Sequence record: OY723374.1
DNA length: 9,845 nucleotides
Strand: one strand, 5' to 3'
Shown here in pieces: positions 6,514-9,845 of this stretch. Each line of letters opens with the position of its first letter. Position 1 is the stretch's first letter. The notes under the pieces were generated by a model. That model did not search any database and had not been told where the DNA came from. It saw only the letters and a program-made list of their open reading frames with translations. The position numbers were made by a program, and so were the translations under genes.

Positions 6514-6955
6514 GTACTCAATTACATGATTATGGTGATATCCAGGACATCACCAGATCCCTTAGAGACCATGGGGATCACTACATATGCTATAAGGAGT
6601 ACACATGCTCTGCATGGTACCTATATCATAGGGTAGGGGTATCCCTCATGATACCTATGGAGACCATATCCTCTAGATACATGGTATGTGCTCAGAGGAT
6701 GGTGCCATGGTATGAGGTCCCCAAAAGGGTCTAAATACATGATTTAGGGGGTCTAAAATGACCACTTTTGGCACCTTTCTGGAGGTACCAAAACGGGTGA
6801 TTCAATCCCCCAAAAGGGGTCCGCAAATCAAGCCCAGAAATGGTCATAAAAAGGGCTCGTGGGGGTACCCCCATGAGCACTTTTGGGACCCTAAAATGGG
6901 TGATTTAGACCCCTAAAATGGTGTATTTAGACCCTTTCGGAGGGGTACAGGCAAC
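6514..6955 (+). repeat. 442-bp module D, copy 3
   Basis: Matches D1/D2 except for three 1-bp indels (cagattac vs caattac, tagggggtatcc vs taggggtatcc, taggggtc vs tagggggtc). Confidence 0.9.
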
Positions 6956-7139
6956 GAGTACTACTAGATACATACCAGCAGACCATGTATCCTATGGTAT
7001 ATAGGACATGGGGGCTACGGGTACCATTACACCATTACGGGAGTATATGGAGTACTATGGGTATCTAGAGGAGTCCCTGTAACACCAGATATCATGGTAT
7101 TGGCATGCATTTGATGACATGAAAACACATGATTTGATG
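6956..7139 (+). repeat. Sub-repeat C', copy 3
   Basis: Offset 5045 from 1911-2094. Confidence 0.9.
7103..7123 (+). repeat. K junction motif, exact
   Basis: Offset 5045 from 2058. Confidence 0.95.
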
Positions 7140-7165
7140 ACATGAAATGAGTAGGTATACACATC

Positions 7166-7297
7166 TAATGACAGGATATGGCATACGGGATACCTGAGGA
7201 GACCACCTCCACAGGGAATACCCTCTCTGCACATCCAGGCTACCGAGAGGCCTACGGGGAGTATCCCCATACCTCTAAGGAGCCATTATGGCCATTA
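7166..7297 (+). repeat. 132-bp module E, subtype a, copy 3
   Basis: Offset 5045 from 2121-2252. Confidence 0.9.
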
Positions 7298-7342
7298 GGG
7301 AGTATCCAGCACATCATTAGATACACGGAATATCATGTAATT

Positions 7343-7363
7343 GCATAGATTTGATGACATGAA
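7343..7363 (+). repeat. K junction motif, variant with 2 mismatches
   Basis: Offset 5045 from 2298. Confidence 0.85.
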
Positions 7364-7386
7364 ATCATGTGTTTTGATGACATGAA

Positions 7387-7607
7387 GTACTCATTATGAG
7401 TAGGTATACACATCTAATACCACTAGTACAACAGCATACACACCATTAGTACCATGTATCCTATGGTATACAGTACATGGGGAGTACGGGTACCATTACA
7501 CCATGCAGAGGTGTATGGAGTACTATATGGTATATAGGGAGTATCCAGTAATCACCAGATATCATGTAATGGCATGCATTTGATGACATGAAACACATGA
7601 TTTGATG
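7387..7607 (+). repeat. 221-bp sub-repeat C, copy 5
   Basis: Offset 5045 from 2342-2562, with substitutions only. Confidence 0.85.
7572..7592 (+). repeat. K junction motif, exact
   Basis: Offset 5045 from 2527. Confidence 0.95.
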
Positions 7608-7799
7608 ATATGAAGTACTCAATATGTACTCATTATGGGTACCACTAACACTAGTACTACAGCATATCCGTACAAGGGGAACCATAAGGATCCGCCCTTG
7701 CAGGTATTTGGGTACTATATGATGTATAGAGGGTATCCAGTAGTCACCAGATATCATGATATTGCATGCATTTGATGACATGAAAACACATGATTTGAT
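7608..7799 (+). repeat. 192-bp sub-repeat Cy, copy 2
   Basis: Offset 5045 from 2563-2754, with a few substitutions. Confidence 0.8.
7764..7784 (+). repeat. K junction motif, exact
   Basis: Offset 5045 from 2719. Preceded by atatcatgatat (7751-7762). Confidence 0.95.
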
Positions 7800-8040
7800 G
7801 TACTCAGATTACATGATTATGGTGATATCCAGTACATCACCAGATCCCTTAGACACCATGGGGATCACTACATATGCTATAAGGAGTACACATGCTCTGC
7901 ATGGTACCTATATCATAGGGTAGGGGATATGCCCACGATACCTATGGAGACCACATCCTCTAGATACATGGTATGTGCACAGAGGATGGTGCCATGGTAT
8001 GAGGACCCCAAATGGGTCGAAATACATGTTTTAGGGGTAC
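7800..8040 (+). repeat. Module D, copy 4 (5' half only, increasingly diverged after about 8000)
   Basis: 7800-8000 matches 2755-2955. After that, gaggaccccaaatgggtcgaaatacatgttttaggggtacc is a diverged version of gaggtccccaaaagggtctaaatacatgatttaggggtct, and similarity is then lost. Confidence 0.7.
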
Positions 8041-8099
8041 CAAAACATGTGTTGCGAGTAGGTATCGGCACGGGATTAGCACATCTAGGGCATTATGGA

Positions 8100-8199
8100 A
8101 CCTGAGGAGATCACCTCCACAGGGAATGTCCCTCCGTGCATCCTGGGCTACCGAGAGGCCTACATGCAGTACCCCATATCCTCTAAGAGACCATTATGG
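8100..8199 (+). repeat. Module E, subtype b, truncated and diverged copy
   Basis: acctgaggagatcacctccacagggaatgtccctccgtgcatcctgggctaccgagaggcctac, followed by a diverged stretch (atgcagtacccc replaces ggggagtatcccc). Confidence 0.75.
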
Positions 8200-8200
8200 A

Positions 8201-8604
8201 GGGTATTGGACAGGGCCCGAAACCCCCAAAATGAGTGATTTGGGGTGCTCAAAACCATCGATTTTGGTGGTTTTGGCATGCAAAAAGGGTCGAAAACACC
8301 TCTTTTAGCCCCTTTTGCACATGGGAACACCACCCCATATACTAAGGGGGATCCTTCGAGGGATACAGAACCCCCGAAACCCCTTAAAGATGGTGTGTGA
8401 GTACTCATGCATGTACCCTTTTAGCACCCTTTCTGACCCCCTTTCAGACCCCCTAAATGGTGCCATTCCTCGAAGGATGGCCCTTAAGGGGTGCCGGGAA
8501 GGGTACCTAAAGAGGTCCCAAAAGTGACCATTTTAGGGGGTCCCAAAACGTGTTGCAAAGGGGTACCCCTTTGGTCACCAAAAGTGATGATTTTGGGGAC
8601 ACCA
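8201..8604. other. U2-specific segment, single copy at alignment level (about 400 bp)
   Basis: It lies between the truncated E-b copy and block F. It is made of the same ccaaaa/ttttgg and gaccccc word family as D and F, but it is not collinear with either. Confidence 0.65.
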
Positions 8605-8624
8605 AATGGGTCGGAATGGGTACC

Positions 8625-8756
8625 TAATGACAGGATATGGCATACGGGATACCTGAGGAGATCACCTCCACAGGGAATGTCCCTCCGTGCATCCTGGGCT
8701 ACCGAGAGGCCTACGGGGAGTATCCCCATATCCTCTGAGAGCCATTATGACCATTA
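8625..8756 (+). repeat. 132-bp module E, subtype b, copy 2
   Basis: Offset 5217 from 3408-3539. Confidence 0.9.
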
Positions 8757-8806
8757 CGAGCATCCCGGAGAGCATATCTGAGGACCTGAAATCCATGGTT
8801 TTGGGG

Positions 8807-8826
8807 TCTAAAATGATGATTTTAGA
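8807..8826. other. Perfect 8-4-8 palindrome, second copy
   Basis: Identical sequence at offset 5218. Confidence 0.85.
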
Positions 8827-8868
8827 GGTCTCAAAATGATGGATTTGGGGTCTCAAATCATGAGATCC

Positions 8869-8912
8869 GGGGGTCTGGGGATGCCATGGGTATGGGATCC
8901 AGGGATGCAGGG
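8869..8912 (+). other. G-quadruplex-type motif, second copy
   Basis: Identical sequence at offset 5218. Confidence 0.7.
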
Positions 8913-9149
8913 ATCCAGAGACCATGAGGGCATGCAGACCATATGCACTACATACCATGGTGTGTGTAGTAGGGATACAGACCACTATGGATACCATCAC
9001 CATTAGATACATACTATGAGACCATATGCTGTGGGTATCGGATTAGGGGTCTGGGGATGTGCAGATCTGGAGACCATGAGCGGATCCGGAGACCATCAGA
9101 TCATGAGATATGGGGTCCGGGGATGCTCGCGATGTATCTGAGGACCTGT

Positions 9150-9185
9150 GCAGATAGGTATGCAGATAGGTATGCAAATAGGTAT
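9150..9185 (+). repeat. 12-bp minisatellite (gcagataggtat) x3, third unit gcaaataggtat
   Basis: One unit fewer than the U1 copy. This accounts for the change in offset from 5218 to 5206. Confidence 0.95.
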
Positions 9186-9588
9186 AGGCATTAGGTACTA
9201 AGGACTCGCAGAGAGGTACTGAGGACATGCACAGAGGACATGGCACAGAGGATACGGGCATACAGACCATGCAGATAGGTACTAAGGACTCGCAGACCAT
9301 AGGTATTAGGTATCTGAGGACACGGATGCCATGATCTGAGGACCCCAAGACCTCCAGAAATGGGGTATCTGAGGTATCCCGAGACCTCCCAAAATGGGTG
9401 TTTTGGACCCTAAATCACTCGTTTTGGGACCCTTTCTGGGTGCTCTCAGACCCCTCCCCAATGCCATCCCTAAGGTGCTCCTAAGGGATTCGGGCCCGTA
9501 CCCCCCAGATAGGGTATCCCAGAGGGTGTCGGATTGGGGGTCTGGAGGTGCTCGGAACCCCTAAATTGTGTGCCCTTAGTGTATAGTA

Positions 9589-9607
9589 ACACACGCGCGC
9601 GCGCGCG
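9589..9607. repeat. (AC)3(GC)7 alternating purine-pyrimidine tract, second copy
   Basis: Identical tract at offset 5206. Confidence 0.9.
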
Positions 9608-9845
9608 AAGGGCGGATCCGAGTCAGGCAGAAAACGAATGCATCATTTTGGACCCTTTTGGAGACATTAGGGGTCTTAATGTGCACTTTCGCGACCCCAA
9701 AAGGCCCAAAAGTGCCTAAAATGGGTCATTTTATGCCCTTTCCGGATGCACACAATGGGAATGCCATCGCCGGAGACCATATTCCTTACAGTGACCTTAG
9801 GAATATGAGTACGCGAAATCGGGGCAATTATGCCATTTACGGGTA

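Larger units (their letters stand above)
4640..9845 (+). repeat. Higher-order repeat unit, copy U2 (5,206 bp)
   Basis: Starts with the same cccctaaaatgagcacttttgg as base 1. Ends with the same ggcaattatgccatttacgggta that precedes 4640. Shares blocks H, D-C'-E-C-Cy and F with U1. Confidence 0.9.
8605..9845 (+). repeat. Tail block F, copy 2 (1,241 bp)
   Basis: See F copy 1. The paired ORFs (3825-4142 with 9043-9348, and 4328-4513 with 9534-9719) reflect this duplication. Confidence 0.9.

Noticed and set aside
605-7784. The regularly recurring 21-bp K motif as a possible CRISPR array.
   Set aside because: The spacing is about 190-640 bp, much longer than CRISPR spacers. The intervening 'spacers' are themselves repeated sequences. 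K is not palindromic in the CRISPR sense, and there are no cas ORFs.
8662-9012. The longest ORF in the window (116 aa, minus strand) and its 85-aa paralogue at 3537-3794.
   Set aside because: The two copies have different lengths because of a 1-bp indel. The sequence is low-complexity and has no recognisable domain signature. It lies wholly inside repeat block F.
1-9845. A transposon, IS or LTR element, or a prokaryotic defence or biosynthetic locus.
   Set aside because: There are no terminal inverted repeats around any block, no inverted copies at all, no transposase- or integrase-sized ORF and no operon-like ORF series.
1-9845. An rDNA unit or intergenic spacer, or tRNA genes.
   Set aside because: I saw no stretch resembling conserved SSU, LSU or 5.8S cores and no cloverleaf-compatible 70-90-nt segment. 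A spacer origin cannot be excluded, but nothing in the window supports it.

Overview
I found no supportable protein-coding gene, rRNA, tRNA, CRISPR array or recognisable mobile element in this 9,845-bp window, and no evidence for a protein-based system. All ORFs on the supplied track are 116 aa or shorter and lie inside repeats. Their paralogous copies are broken by 1-bp indels, and no ORF appears on the track between 5389 and 7054. The window consists of two consecutive, in-phase, head-to-tail copies of a large higher-order repeat: U1 = 1-4639 and U2 = 4640-9845. Joining base 9845 to base 1 recreates the internal 4639|4640 junction exactly, which fits either a tandem array or a circular molecule carrying two diverged units. 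Each unit is a mosaic of direct sub-repeats, named here H, B, C, C', Cx/Cy, D, E and F. An exact or near-exact 21-bp motif, gcatgcatttgatgacatgaa ('K'), occurs 16 times, and the larger rearrangement breakpoints cluster at it. I saw no module in inverted orientation. U1 and U2 share H (about 99% identical), a roughly 1.5-kb central block (offset about 5045) and the 1.25-kb tail F (about 99% identical). They differ by module swaps, by a 792-bp U2-only single-copy segment (5705-6496) and by a second U2-only stretch (about 8041-8604). Two compositional compartments alternate. One is dense in CATG, GTAC and stop codons. The other has short G/C runs separated by A/T tracts spaced about 10-11 bp apart, with AAAAT/ATTTT dyads, a multi-run G-quadruplex motif, an (AC)3(GC)7 tract and a 12-bp minisatellite with 4 versus 3 copies. 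The source organism cannot be identified from the sequence alone. The architecture looks like eukaryote-style satellite, spacer or extrachromosomal repeat DNA rather than a prokaryotic gene neighbourhood. All coordinates and identities come from manual alignment and should be confirmed with a self dot-plot.
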